A program made the translations under genes and the position numbers. From the IMG/VR virus record IMGVR_UViG_3300020207_000025, positions 1 through 60,989 of that record: DNA of 60,989 nucleotides; one strand, given 5' to 3'. The notes beneath the pieces were generated by a model. That model ran no database searches, was not told where the DNA came from, and saw nothing but the letters and a program-made list of their open reading frames with translations. Source of the DNA: a virus (lineage: Duplodnaviria > Caudoviricetes). Of the stretch, positions 1 through 11,100 are shown in pieces; position 1 is the first letter of the stretch, and each line of letters opens with the position of its first letter.

Positions 1-123
1 TGGTGATACGTGGGTCAATTCCAATAACTTTTGTGTTTGAATGTCAAATAGTGACCAACCAATAGTTTTGGTTGAAATGTCTAACCCCAATACCTTTGGA
101 GTATTCTTCAAATTGTTTCTCAT
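1..123 (-). CDS. RuvC-like Holliday junction resolvase / RNase H-fold nuclease, N-terminal part (runs off window)
   Basis: Manual translation from ATG at 123: MRNNLKNTPKVLGLDISTKTIGWSLFDIQTQKLLELTHVSP. LGLD-x-S-T-x-x-x-G-W matches the first RuvC/RNase H catalytic strand. Not in the ORF track because it is truncated. Confidence 0.7.
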   Translation of the reverse strand, partial: MRNNLKNTPKVLGLDISTKTIGWSLFDIQTQKLLELTHVSP

Positions 124-128
124 ATTTC

Positions 129-2333
129 TTAGAAATCGAACTTTATCGTGTACTGTTGTACCCCCACTCTCTTTTCAGGGGATTGTACCTTAGACATAAT
201 CATAAGGTCTTTGTCCGAATTATAAAGTCCAACTTCGGTAACATAAGGTGAGTTACCTGTCCATGTAGGATTCGAACTATCTAAAAATTGTGTCTGACCT
301 AAGTTGACTTGATAGTTCATTACATATATTGTGGCTGCGATATCGGACTTTAATGTTCCGTAGAAGAAGAACTCATCACCGAAGTTTAACTGTGAGTCAC
401 CCGTCTGTGGAATATCAATATAATTCTCTAATACATAAGAAGAACCTGCGTCATAATTTTCTTTTGTGATTTGGAATGTTTTGGACGCCATATTAGATTC
501 AGAGATGTAAGAACCTGAAGTGATACCCGAAATTTGTGATGTCATATCAATCTCCTTCCAATTTTCAGGAGTCGGTCTCGAACCTGTCGTAGTCTTTTGT
601 ACCAACATAACCAATTTGTTTGCACTAAAACCATCTGGGTTGCCTGATGGTGAATCATTTAAGAATGGAAACTCAGGACCGAAACTTACAGTAACGTTTT
701 TGCTTGTACCGTCACCACAACCCGCTTCCTCACCAGTAATAGTAATATAGTAGTTACAGTGTAACGAGTCAGTAAATGCAGTATTATTAAATCTATATGT
801 GACCCACAATGTTTCGTTAGAACCGGTTAAGATACCCTGATATCCTGTTGTAACTGAGTCAGAGTTAGTTGGTGAAATATACCCTAACTTAGGTGCTGGT
901 AATGTCCAGTTTCTATTTGATTTGTAGTTTAATGCCGCAACTAATTCTTCATCATCGATTACAACAATCTTCAAATCAGGGAAGACCTTACCCACTCTGT
1001 TTGGATATCCATTGATGTCTGTGTTCGTATCCCATAAGTGGTAATATCTAATACCTGGGTCATTCATATTTGAATTAGGTGTCGACATTATGTAGTGAGG
1101 TGTGAACAAACCTAACGTATCATAACCAGCAGGGTCAGTGTAGAATGTTTCACCCATTGTACCACCTGTTGATTTATGCCACATCAACCATGGAATATCT
1201 AAGTTGAAGTTACGTGCGGCACCTGTATCACTTGCCAATGTCTTTGATGTATCTCTATTCTTTTGGGCTAATTTCTCACCGTAGAAATTATCAATGGCGT
1301 TATTAGTATAGTGGATAATAGCAATAGACTTTTGGTCTGATGGTTTAACATTAACCTTCTCACTGAAAGAATTGTAATAATAAGTCGAATCAGAATCTGT
1401 CTGACCACTATCACTATGGTACCCTAAGTACTCTTTGGTACCTGTGTATCCTGTTGAACCGAAGTAACTAAACCCTAAGTCATTGATTGTAAAACCGGCT
1501 GGTGACTCAGTCCACGGAATGTTCATATTCCATATTTTAACATCTTCACCTGTAGTACAGTTTGTTTCAAAATTCAAATCTTGAGCTTGGATGTAAGATA
1601 GTGGAGTGTTTGAATCATAAATCTCAGTCATTTCTGATGGGAAGAAGTATAATCTACCATTACCATTTAATGACATACTTGAAAAATCAGGTAAGTCTCT
1701 ATCTACCTCAACAGTAATACTACCCGATGTTGCTTGTGTTGAACCATTAATACTTTCAACTCTATACACTAACATTGGGAAATTTCCTGACCACTCGTTA
1801 CAATCGGCTGAACCATCCATCCAAATAGCAACATAATCACCGGCTTGAGTATCAGCAGAAAATGATGTACCACAATTAGAGAATGATGCGGTAAATGTTT
1901 TACCTGAATTCAAGTTGGCTAAGTTGACAATCCAATTAGAAGACTTCACATAAGTTGAAGATGATTGGTGGTAAAAAGAACCTGTAGTTCCTGTGAAGAA
2001 CCCTCTCGGAGCCGCACTATTATAGATTTCATCAACTTCAGGTTTAGAGAATGGAATACCAAAGAATGATGTTTTACTCGAATCAATATACAAAGGATAT
2101 TTGATATTCAATTGGTTTTTTTCAGGGATTGAAGTCTTATTCTGAGCGTTAAACGCAGGTGATAAGACTTCCAACGATGAAAGGTTTGCATTTTCGATAC
2201 AATCATAACAAACTTCACTATCACCCACTTGGAAATAACTGATGTTAAAATCTCCTCGTGAGATAGCTCTACGACCGGCGTCAGTAATTACTGAGTTAAT
2301 TAATGCTGAAGTATCTTTTATAATGTATCCCAT
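129..2333 (-). CDS. Virion structural protein with tail-collar/baseplate-attachment-like termini
   Basis: 734 aa. N-term ITDAGRRAIS...ISYFQVGDSE and C-term VTEVGLYNSDKDLMIMSKVQSPEK resemble the two halves of the tail-fibre N-terminal (DUF3751-like) fold. TATTTATA motif 5 nt upstream. Confidence 0.6.
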   Translation of the reverse strand: MGYIIKDTSALINSVITDAGRRAISRGDFNISYFQVGDSEVCYDCIENANLSSLEVLSPAFNAQNKTSIPEKNQLNIKYPLYIDSSKTSFFGIPFSKPEVDEIYNSAAPRGFFTGTTGSFYHQSSSTYVKSSNWIVNLANLNSGKTFTASFSNCGTSFSADTQAGDYVAIWMDGSADCNEWSGNFPMLVYRVESINGSTQATSGSITVEVDRDLPDFSSMSLNGNGRLYFFPSEMTEIYDSNTPLSYIQAQDLNFETNCTTGEDVKIWNMNIPWTESPAGFTINDLGFSYFGSTGYTGTKEYLGYHSDSGQTDSDSTYYYNSFSEKVNVKPSDQKSIAIIHYTNNAIDNFYGEKLAQKNRDTSKTLASDTGAARNFNLDIPWLMWHKSTGGTMGETFYTDPAGYDTLGLFTPHYIMSTPNSNMNDPGIRYYHLWDTNTDINGYPNRVGKVFPDLKIVVIDDEELVAALNYKSNRNWTLPAPKLGYISPTNSDSVTTGYQGILTGSNETLWVTYRFNNTAFTDSLHCNYYITITGEEAGCGDGTSKNVTVSFGPEFPFLNDSPSGNPDGFSANKLVMLVQKTTTGSRPTPENWKEIDMTSQISGITSGSYISESNMASKTFQITKENYDAGSSYVLENYIDIPQTGDSQLNFGDEFFFYGTLKSDIAATIYVMNYQVNLGQTQFLDSSNPTWTGNSPYVTEVGLYNSDKDLMIMSKVQSPEKRVGVQQYTIKFDF

Positions 2334-2338
2334 ATGTT

Positions 2339-2346
2339 TATAAATA
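2339..2346 (-). promoter_or_regulatory. TATTTATA putative late promoter element
   Basis: Plus-strand tataaata, 5 nt upstream of the ATG at 2333. The motif recurs before many structural genes. Confidence 0.65.
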
Positions 2347-2366
2347 CCTTATTGGTTCTTTTTATT

Positions 2367-3734
2367 TTAGTTAAATGGACTCGTTGATACGTCTTGATTA
2401 GTACCACCACTACCTGTTGCAGTACCACAACTCGTTCCGTTTATTGTTACGTTTTGTACACCGACACTATAGTAATTATACCCATAAACAGGACAAGACG
2501 AATCACGAGGTAATAAATTCGATACTGTGAATGTATCCACACCACTTACAGTACCTCCTGATATTGTAATATCAAGTGTTTTAGTAAACCCTGAATTATT
2601 CCATCCATTCACATAAGAACCACCACAAGACCTTTGACCACTACTTGTACTCAGTGATTCATTGGTAGCGTCTATAGATGCTGCACCACTTACTGATGTA
2701 GTACTACCTGAGGTGAATGTGGCATTTTGAGTAGAAGTATAATATTCAGTAAAGAAGTTTGTGATAATAATCTTACCACTTACAGATACCCCATTCGGTA
2801 ATGCAGGTGTCACTGACGCTGTCCAATTCACTGTTTTAGATTTGTATAATTGTGCATTACTATTTGTACTTGTCGATGTAGTAAGTTGTAACGTATATAC
2901 AGTAGCATTACTTCCCGAACCAATGGTAAAGTTTCTTGTGATTACAGTATTGTTAGAATCTTTGATATATACCGTACCATTTCCTGAAGGTAAGTTTGTA
3001 AACGTCGCAGAACTTTGATAAGTCACACCATCTAATGAGTATACAATAGGACCTACACCACCCCACGCATTTACAGTGACAGTACCATTATTAGAACCAA
3101 CACATGTTTCATCCGTCTTCGTCACGGTGGCATTTAATCCAACAGTCACACAAGTGCCAGTATTCAATAACCATGTAAAACTCGAACCTAATTGGTTCCA
3201 CGTTCCTGTTGGAATATTTTTATTACTATTCTGAACTAAGTATCCTGGTGTGAATCCACTAACATCCCATCTTGATTGTGACGTATTATATACAATATCA
3301 AAAGATGAACCACTCCATGATGGTTTTCCATTGATAATACCTTGGTAGTCAAATTCGTACTGGTCGTAAGATTCTTGATTTTTAGTTAAACATACTGTAG
3401 ATGGGTATGTTGGGCTTGGTGTCGCACTTGGAGTTGGTGTTGGTGATGGACTTAATGCAGGTGGTGGACCTGCAACCACACAACTCGCAATATCCGTAAA
3501 ATCACCATAATAATCAGTAACCGTTGCTGTGTATGTTCCAGGTACAACATTTAAGATTTTTGTGACATCTCTTGCACCTGTAGACCATTCAATAGTATAT
3601 GGAGGAGTACCACCAGTGATGAATATTTCCATTGAACCATTCACACCAGTACTCGAATCTGTAGTCACACAATTTACCCCTAACGGGTAAACCGTATAAA
3701 CTCCACAACTATTATTTGTTACTGTATCACTCAT
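2367..3734 (-). CDS. SprB-repeat-containing virion adhesin-like protein with short Pro/Thr linker
   Basis: 455 aa. SprB-like units GSMEIFITGGTPPYTIEWS...PGTYTATVTD and NGTVTVNAWGGVGPIVYSLDG...FTNLPSG..VYIKDSN, plus a [13 protein letters not shown] linker. Confidence 0.7.
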   Translation of the reverse strand: MSDTVTNNSCGVYTVYPLGVNCVTTDSSTGVNGSMEIFITGGTPPYTIEWSTGARDVTKILNVVPGTYTATVTDYYGDFTDIASCVVAGPPPALSPSPTPTPSATPSPTYPSTVCLTKNQESYDQYEFDYQGIINGKPSWSGSSFDIVYNTSQSRWDVSGFTPGYLVQNSNKNIPTGTWNQLGSSFTWLLNTGTCVTVGLNATVTKTDETCVGSNNGTVTVNAWGGVGPIVYSLDGVTYQSSATFTNLPSGNGTVYIKDSNNTVITRNFTIGSGSNATVYTLQLTTSTSTNSNAQLYKSKTVNWTASVTPALPNGVSVSGKIIITNFFTEYYTSTQNATFTSGSTTSVSGAASIDATNESLSTSSGQRSCGGSYVNGWNNSGFTKTLDITISGGTVSGVDTFTVSNLLPRDSSCPVYGYNYYSVGVQNVTINGTSCGTATGSGGTNQDVSTSPFN

Positions 3735-3740
3735 TATTGT

Positions 3741-3748
3741 TATAAATA
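3741..3748 (-). promoter_or_regulatory. TATTTATA putative late promoter element
   Basis: 6 nt upstream of the ATG at 3734. Confidence 0.65.
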
Positions 3749-3760
3749 TCTTTTATAAAA

Positions 3761-5158
3761 TTACTTTTGGAAAAATTTGATGATTAGGTCGTTTCCATCA
3801 TTAAAATAATTACCATATGGGGAATGCTTCATTTCATTCCAATTACCATTATAATATCTGTTTTGTGTACGAACACTGTAACCGATAGTGTAAGAACTGT
3901 TAGAAGTATCAGTCCATCCAAAACTATCCATAGCAGCTGTCATACTGAAACCATAAGAGACTCTATTACCGGTAATAGAGTCGAAACCATCAAAATCAGG
4001 TACCCTAAATATATTATAGATATATAACGCACACTTACTATATGGATTATTCGGATTACCACTCCACAAATCGCCATCGATAATTGCAATGTACCAATTA
4101 GAGGTTCCACCTGACGGTATCAGTTCTAAAGCACTCGAAAAATCTTGATATGAATTATAACTGGTTGTGATAATAGGATTCGCGTATTTTGGTAACTGTA
4201 TGGACCTGAACGTCCAAAATTCTTTATTCCCTGAAGAATTATATATTTGATTACCATTTGAATCAACAAACGGGGCTCCCCCTAAGTTATAATTAACAAA
4301 GGTACGACTGGCAGTAGAACTATTACTCGGATAGTTAGATATTTTACCATAAACAGGTTCAAAATAAAGAGCACCACCTAAATACGGAACCATATAATTA
4401 TAATCACCATCATTTTGATTAATACCAAAAACTACCCTATCATAGTAACCTCCACTAATTAAAGCATCACTTGAAGTAGCCTTTCTCGTCGTATAAGTAC
4501 CAAGATTCCATTCATACCCCCAATAATTTACGGGACCAGTATACTTACTTGCCTGAGGTAATGAACTACCACCAAACGCAGCCGGCGGTGTAGGTAACAT
4601 TGAAGCCATTGTCGATACTTTCATATAAGACGTTTCAGCTTTTGGAGAATTAGGTGTTAAGTCAACAATATCTTTACCACATTTGTGGCAAAATAAAGTT
4701 CTTCCTTCCCCTAACCCACTACCGTCATTAGATACTAATAAAGAATTTTGTGTTACAGTTTTACTTGCATTGTAATTAGTATTAAGATAGTCATTTAAGA
4801 CATCATAATATTGTACTTGAGATACACCAGGTATAGGTCCTTCCGCACTCATAACATAATCGAATACAGTATCTCTTAATGCAAAAATAGACGCTTGATT
4901 TTCAGTCGGACAGTTCTGACAGATATCATCACCAGTAATAATACTTGTACTACCATTACTACAGGTAGTTTCTACTTGATAGTAATAAGTTCTGAATGGA
5001 GATGGGTCAACATCCATATCATACCACGTCCCAACATAAGGAGCAACAGTGGCTTTCAAAACCCACGGTCCATTACTACTATCTGACCTATAAATTTTAT
5101 AAGACACAGCATTAGTACTGGTCGTCCATGTTATCTTAATTCTTGCGGATTCTGCCAT
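3761..5158 (-). CDS. Fibronectin type III-domain protein, putative virion/receptor-binding
   Basis: 465 aa. N-terminal IKITWTTS..AVSYKIYRSD...WYDMDV...TYYYQVETTC is FN3-like. The remainder is aromatic/Asn/Ser-rich and unassigned. Confidence 0.65.
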   Translation of the reverse strand: MAESARIKITWTTSTNAVSYKIYRSDSSNGPWVLKATVAPYVGTWYDMDVDPSPFRTYYYQVETTCSNGSTSIITGDDICQNCPTENQASIFALRDTVFDYVMSAEGPIPGVSQVQYYDVLNDYLNTNYNASKTVTQNSLLVSNDGSGLGEGRTLFCHKCGKDIVDLTPNSPKAETSYMKVSTMASMLPTPPAAFGGSSLPQASKYTGPVNYWGYEWNLGTYTTRKATSSDALISGGYYDRVVFGINQNDGDYNYMVPYLGGALYFEPVYGKISNYPSNSSTASRTFVNYNLGGAPFVDSNGNQIYNSSGNKEFWTFRSIQLPKYANPIITTSYNSYQDFSSALELIPSGGTSNWYIAIIDGDLWSGNPNNPYSKCALYIYNIFRVPDFDGFDSITGNRVSYGFSMTAAMDSFGWTDTSNSSYTIGYSVRTQNRYYNGNWNEMKHSPYGNYFNDGNDLIIKFFQK

Positions 5159-5174
5159 AATACTTATTTATTTA

Positions 5175-6947
5175 CTAACCCCAAATGAAGTCAGTCATAT
5201 ATTCATTCTCTACGTTTATGTTACTCGCACCTCTACAAACAGGTGTAGGTGTGGTCAAACTACTATTACATCCCGTACAATTTACATAGAAGATTGAAGG
5301 ACTGCCAAATACATTAGTCGAAGACGTTGAATAAGTCTGTCCTTGTGGCGGAGTATAAGGTTTACTAAACATACCAACATAATACCAACATGAACCTTGA
5401 TATGAGAATGATGTATTATAAGGTATCGGACCAACACTCACATCTTGACCAATCATAGTATTTGAACTACAAGATGCATATACAAAGACATTCTGTGGCA
5501 CACCCTGAGAGGTTGATGGTGTAATAGATGAAGTTATCGTTGGTGTTTGAGTTGGTGTTGGTGTATGTGTCTGAGTATTCGTTGGTGTTTGAGTCGGTGT
5601 ATATGTTGGTGTGGCAGTTTGAGACTGTGTAGGTGTCGGTGTTGGTGAAAGACATACACAACCTGGGTCTGCGTAAACATTCGCACCATCACCTGATACT
5701 ATATCAGCACTAACCGCACACACATTAACCCTTTCACGTCCATTTACAAACAAAGAATATGTTAATTTATCACAATCTTCAATTTCAAATTGAGCTCCTC
5801 GAGTACCGCCATATAATTCCCAATTCGTACAACACGGAGTAGTGGCACTCGGTGTTGGAGTATACGTTGGTGTAAAGTCAGGTGTACGTGAAATTGTCGG
5901 TGTTGGTGTTTGACTAATTTCTGGTGTATCTGAGACCGAAACAGTCGGTGTATGTGTTGGTGTTACCGCTGGTGTTTCTGATGCCGTTGGAGTTGGCGTT
6001 TGACTTACAGGTGGGGTATCAGAAAGAGATACAGTTGGTGTGTTAGTAGGTGTAGAGTCAGGTGTACGTGAAATTGTTGGGGTTGGTGTTTGACTAACAC
6101 CTGGTGTATCCGATACAGAAACAGATGGAGTATTTGTTGGGGTTACGGCAGGTGTTTCTGAAGCAGTTGGAGTTGGTGTTTGACTCACTGGTGGAGTATC
6201 AGAAAGAGATACAGTTGGTGTGTTTGTTGGTGTTACCGCAGGAGTTTCTGACGCTGTTGGTGTTGGTGTTGAACTTGAACCAGGAGTATCTGAAGGTGAA
6301 ACAGTTGGTGTATAAGTTGGTGTAATACTCGGAGTCATTGACTGAGTCATAGTCGGCGTATTAGATGGAGTAACCGTATTTGTTGGTGTGTTACTTGCAG
6401 TAATAGATGGTGTAATAGACGCAGTTGGAGTTACCGTTTGAGTAAGGGTTGGTGTTTGTGATGGAGGGTTAGATGGTGTAGGAGCTGGTGTACCCGTCGG
6501 AGTATTCGTAGCAGTTGCAGTTGGTGATGAGCCAGGTGTCGCAGAAACAGATATAGTTGGTGTATGTGTTGGTGTAACTGAAGGAGTTGCTGTTTGTGTT
6601 GGAGTTACTGTGGGAGTTGCCGTATTCGTTGGAGTCGGTGTACTACTCGGAGTATTTGAAGATACACACACACCACAGGTATTATAGACTCCATTGATTG
6701 ACATAACGTAGGAGTCAGGTGAACCATCAACATCACTATGATAAGTGAAACATTGAGTTACCTGTCCATTTGGTGTTTGTAATGTGGCTCTGAAGATATC
6801 CCCAATAGATATTGGATTTGTATTATATGAAAGGTCTCCATCAACATAAAAATAATTATTGGTATTACACTGTAATAATTTTTTAATATCATTACAACAT
6901 TCAGGTTGTTCACCAAATACATTAAAACCTACTCTTCCTGTTACCAT
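5175..6947 (-). CDS. Mucin-like Thr/Pro-repeat protein with Cys-rich modules
   Basis: ORF track gives 5175..6965; the start at 6947 (MVTG) avoids overlap with the protease gene. Long TPT/TPS repeats separate small Cys modules (CC...C, CxxC). Confidence 0.8.
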   Translation of the reverse strand: MVTGRVGFNVFGEQPECCNDIKKLLQCNTNNYFYVDGDLSYNTNPISIGDIFRATLQTPNGQVTQCFTYHSDVDGSPDSYVMSINGVYNTCGVCVSSNTPSSTPTPTNTATPTVTPTQTATPSVTPTHTPTISVSATPGSSPTATATNTPTGTPAPTPSNPPSQTPTLTQTVTPTASITPSITASNTPTNTVTPSNTPTMTQSMTPSITPTYTPTVSPSDTPGSSSTPTPTASETPAVTPTNTPTVSLSDTPPVSQTPTPTASETPAVTPTNTPSVSVSDTPGVSQTPTPTISRTPDSTPTNTPTVSLSDTPPVSQTPTPTASETPAVTPTHTPTVSVSDTPEISQTPTPTISRTPDFTPTYTPTPSATTPCCTNWELYGGTRGAQFEIEDCDKLTYSLFVNGRERVNVCAVSADIVSGDGANVYADPGCVCLSPTPTPTQSQTATPTYTPTQTPTNTQTHTPTPTQTPTITSSITPSTSQGVPQNVFVYASCSSNTMIGQDVSVGPIPYNTSFSYQGSCWYYVGMFSKPYTPPQGQTYSTSSTNVFGSPSIFYVNCTGCNSSLTTPTPVCRGASNINVENEYMTDFIWG

Positions 6948-6948
6948 T

Positions 6949-8181
6949 TTAGGTTCTTGTTCCACCTTGCCAGTATGTGTTACCTGACAATTCCAAATTT
7001 ATGTCCCCACTAAGACCATTTACTATATGTAATTCAGTAGTCCCTGTATCTGAAAAGTAAACAGAATTACCCGTCCATGCGGAAATAGATAATTGCTCGG
7101 CAACTTTGTCAATGCGGTTCGCTAATCCATAAATAGTTTGACCGTTATAATTTGCACCGGCAAATACTAAACCAACAATCTTTCTTGTACCTGAAAAATC
7201 AGCTACCAAAGCAGAACCAGAATCACCACCATACACAGGATAAGGACATATAGAACCTGCAGGTGTTGTTGAAGCACTGGCGTAATATCTTATACAATCA
7301 CTGAAGTATATGGTTTCATTGACACCTTGATTATTATACTGAATACTTATGGTCGCGGCAACTGATGATGCAAATAACTTCATATCCCCCTCACCTTTAG
7401 GTCCTGTTGTACGACCAGCACTAAATAAGTTAATTCCATTGGTAACAAGACTATCAATTTCAGCGGTAGATGCAAATTCCAAAGGTTGAGTCCATCCATT
7501 CATACCATATTGTCTGTATGATGTCGTTGAACTAATATCACTTTGGTTTACAGTTGCTAATGCACCATCAACAGAGTTATATTCAGGAGTACCACTGATT
7601 GGTACATATCTTTTAACCAGACCAATCGAGTTTTGTAGACCACTGTTACCACTTTCATTAGGTTGAGTCACAAAATTATTCACAATATCTGTGTGTACTC
7701 CACTTTGTTGTCTTTCAGAGGCTAAGAACGCATTTTTTACCAATACATGATTATTAGAAACACCAACTAACGAATTAGTCTCAGTATCTACCGCCAAAAA
7801 CCCTAAAGTACCCACATAACTACCTAAATTAGTGTAATTTGTTACTGAAATACCACCTTGGAGTGGTCTAATCTGGTTTCTATTAGCAGGTGGAGTATTA
7901 ATCCACGTATAAAAATCTGAAGGGCAATTCTCCATGAAAACGAATTCACCTTCTTCAACATCCGTCTTTAATATTGACCCGTCGACCTCGATTTCTGATG
8001 GTAATAACTCATCTTCAGGTATTTCTTCCAATGGTCTTTTTTGTTTTACTGTAAAAACAACTGCATCTTCATCTGTCATCTTACCACCAACCGTTTTCTT
8101 TGTAATGGTCACACCCACCACATCCTCAGGGGTTATGTTATGGTAGTGTTTTGTTAGGTCTCTTAATAATTGGTTATCCAT
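6949..8181 (-). CDS. Trypsin-like (PA clan, Nal1-like) serine protease
   Basis: 410 aa. GTLG...SNNHVL (His), VDGALA (Asp), GGDSGSALV (Ser). N-terminal VVGV...VFTVKQKRP...LPSEI...TDVEE domain is typical of Nal1-like proteases. Confidence 0.85.
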   Translation of the reverse strand: MDNQLLRDLTKHYHNITPEDVVGVTITKKTVGGKMTDEDAVVFTVKQKRPLEEIPEDELLPSEIEVDGSILKTDVEEGEFVFMENCPSDFYTWINTPPANRNQIRPLQGGISVTNYTNLGSYVGTLGFLAVDTETNSLVGVSNNHVLVKNAFLASERQQSGVHTDIVNNFVTQPNESGNSGLQNSIGLVKRYVPISGTPEYNSVDGALATVNQSDISSTTSYRQYGMNGWTQPLEFASTAEIDSLVTNGINLFSAGRTTGPKGEGDMKLFASSVAATISIQYNNQGVNETIYFSDCIRYYASASTTPAGSICPYPVYGGDSGSALVADFSGTRKIVGLVFAGANYNGQTIYGLANRIDKVAEQLSISAWTGNSVYFSDTGTTELHIVNGLSGDINLELSGNTYWQGGTRT

Positions 8182-8184
8182 ATC

Positions 8185-11100
8185 TTAAAGGTTTGGTATA
8201 AACATAAATACTGTGAATGGTCCACCTTCAGTTGGAGTGACACTCGGAGTCGGGGTGTATGTTGGACTCACAGAGATTGATGGTGTATTTGTCGGACTAT
8301 TAGAAATCGTTGGAGTATTAGTCGGACTTACCGAAATTGTTGGCGTATTTGTTGGACTCACCGAAATGGTAGGTGTATTACTTGGACTTGGTGTTGATGT
8401 AATTGCAGGTCCACTACAACAGTTGTTACATATATTTGTTAATGTATATGCTGAAGTTGGATATTGAGGTGGGAATATTACTGTATTTTGTTGTGCACAT
8501 ATAGTAATAGTTGTCGGTACTTTATAGATAATACCATGTGACTGTCTTACAGTACCACATAATGTATCACTACACTCATCATACCAATATTCGAATAATC
8601 CTTCCGTACCCAATTTAGTAACTTCTAATTCATATACACTACAATCCTGTAAAATACTTGATGTTGATGGAGTTACTGTATGTGTCGGAGTAACAGTAGG
8701 TGTTGAAGTTACCGTAGGGGTTTGGGTTGATAATGGTGTATTAGTTGGTGTAGGACTTGGTGTTCCTCCCGGTGTTTGAGTAACTGTAGATGTTGGTGTA
8801 ATTGTTGCTGTATTTGACGGTGTCGGTGTATTAGATGACGTTACAGTTGCCGTTTGTGTTGGAGTGAGTGTCGATGTAGGTGTCGATGTTGGAGTTCCAC
8901 CAGGAGTCTCTGAAGGTGTAACGGTTTGTGTTACCGTTTGGGTTGGTGTATACGTAGGAGTAACACTTGAAGTAATAGACGGAGTAACTGTAACAGTTGG
9001 TGTTTGAGTTGCCGTCAATGATGGAGTTACCGATGGTGTCACAGAAGAAGTGATTGAAGGTGTCGGAGTTACTGTTGCCGTTTGAGTAGGGGTATTTGTT
9101 GGAGTACCACCTGGTGTCTCAGAAGGAGTTACCGTCTGAGTTGGAGTTGATGTTGGTGTTTCACTTGCAGTTACAGTTGGAGTTACAGAACCCGTAGGTG
9201 TATTAGTATTTGTTACCGTCGGAGTCACTGATGAAGTAACCGATGGTGTTGGCGTAATAGACGATGATGGAGTCACCGTTTGAGTCGGAGTAACTGAAGC
9301 TGTTGGAGTTACAGACGATGTCTGAGTAACCGTTTGTGTTGGAGTATTTGTTGGAGTAGAACCTGGTGTTTCTGACGGAGTAACAGTCTGAGTAGGTGTC
9401 AATGTTTGTGTATTTGACGGAGTAATAGTTGCGGTCAATGTAGGTGTAACACTTGCCGTTGGTGTAACTGATGCAGTTGGTGTCACACTCGCGGTTGGGG
9501 TAACAGAAGCCGTTGGAGTAACCGATGATGTAGGAGTATTTGTCGGTGTAACCTGAGGAGTCTCAGACGGAGTAACTGTTTGTGTTGGAGTTGACGTAGG
9601 TGTTTCACTCGCGGTCACAGTTGGTGTCACCGAAGCAGTTGGTGTATTCGTTGGTGTTTCAGTAGGAGTCGAAGTGACCGTAGATGTCACTGTTTGAGTT
9701 GGTGTACTTGTGTTAGTAGGTGTTACCGATGCTGTCGGAGTTACAGATGCCGTTGGTGTAACTGAAGATGTTGGAGTATTTGTAGGTGTCACCCCTGGTG
9801 TCTCACTCGCAGTTACAGTTTGAGTAGGTGTCAATGTTTGAGTATTTGACGGAGTGATTGTCGCAGTAATAGATGGAGTAACAGTCGATGTAGGCGTTAC
9901 CGAAGATGTTGGTGTTACTGAGGAAGTTGGAGTAACTGACGATGTAGGTGTTACAGATGCAGTTGGAGTATTCGTTGGGGTAGATATTGGTGTCTCAGAA
10001 GGTGTCACAGTCTGAGTAGGTGTAGATGTTGGAGTTTCACTTGCAGTGACAGTTGGGGTAACCGAAGCCGTAGGAGTCACACTCGCAGTAACCGTAGCCG
10101 TAACTGACGGTGTTGGGGTTACTGAAGATGATGGAGTCACTGTTTGTGTTGGTGTGACTGAAGCTGTTGGGGTTACAGATGAAGTCTGTGTAACTGTTTG
10201 TGTAGGAGTATTTGTTGGCGTAACCGCTGGTGTCGATGTCGGTGTCAACGTCGCAGTAACCGTAGGAGTAATAGTAGATGTAGGAGTAACTGATGCAGTT
10301 GGTGTTACACTTGCCGTTGGAGTGTTAGTTGGCGTCTCAGTTTGAGTTGGAGTCACTGAAGAGGTCGGAGTTACCGATGACGTAGGTGTGTTTGTTGGTG
10401 TCACACCAGGTGTTTCTGAAGGAGTAACAGTCTGAGTTGGAGTAGATGTGGGAGTTTCACTCGCAGTCACAGTAGGAGTAACTGAAGCCGTTGGTGTTAC
10501 ACTCGCAGTAATTGTTGCAGTCACAGATGGTGTAGGTGTAACTGATGAAGTAGGTGTTACTGAAGCCGTAGGTGTGACCGAGGCAGTTGGCGTAACTGAA
10601 GAAGTAGGTGTATTTGTAGGTGTACTTACAGGTGTTTCAGTAGGAGTAACCGTTTGTGTTTGAGTCACTGTTGGTGTATTACTTGCCGTCAATGTTGGTG
10701 TAACTGAAGCCGTAGGGGTAACTGTTGAAGTAACTGTCGCAGTTACCGATGGAGTTGGTGTATTTGATGTGGTTGGAGTAACAGAAGCAGTTGGCGTTAC
10801 CGATGCCGTTGGTGTGACAGATGAAGTCTGTGTTACCGTAGCCGTTGGTGTTGATGTAGGAGTCACTCCTGGCGTTTCAGAAGGTGTTACTGTTTGTGTT
10901 GGAGTAAATGTAGGAGTAACCGTCGCAGTAACAGTTGGGGTAATACTCGCTGTTGGTGTTACCGATGCCGTCACAGTAGCAGTCACTGAAGGTGTTGGCG
11001 TATTCGTTGGCGTCTCAGTCTGAGTCGGAGTGACCGATGAAGTAGGTGTTACGGAAGCAGTAACAGTTTGAGTCGGTGTAACAGTATTTGTTGGAGTAAC

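Noticed and set aside
5159-5177. Stop-codon readthrough or recoding joining the ~590-aa and FN3 genes
   Set aside because: TAG is followed directly by an in-frame TAA and the next gene is in another frame. Long ORFs under the standard code argue against genome-wide recoding.
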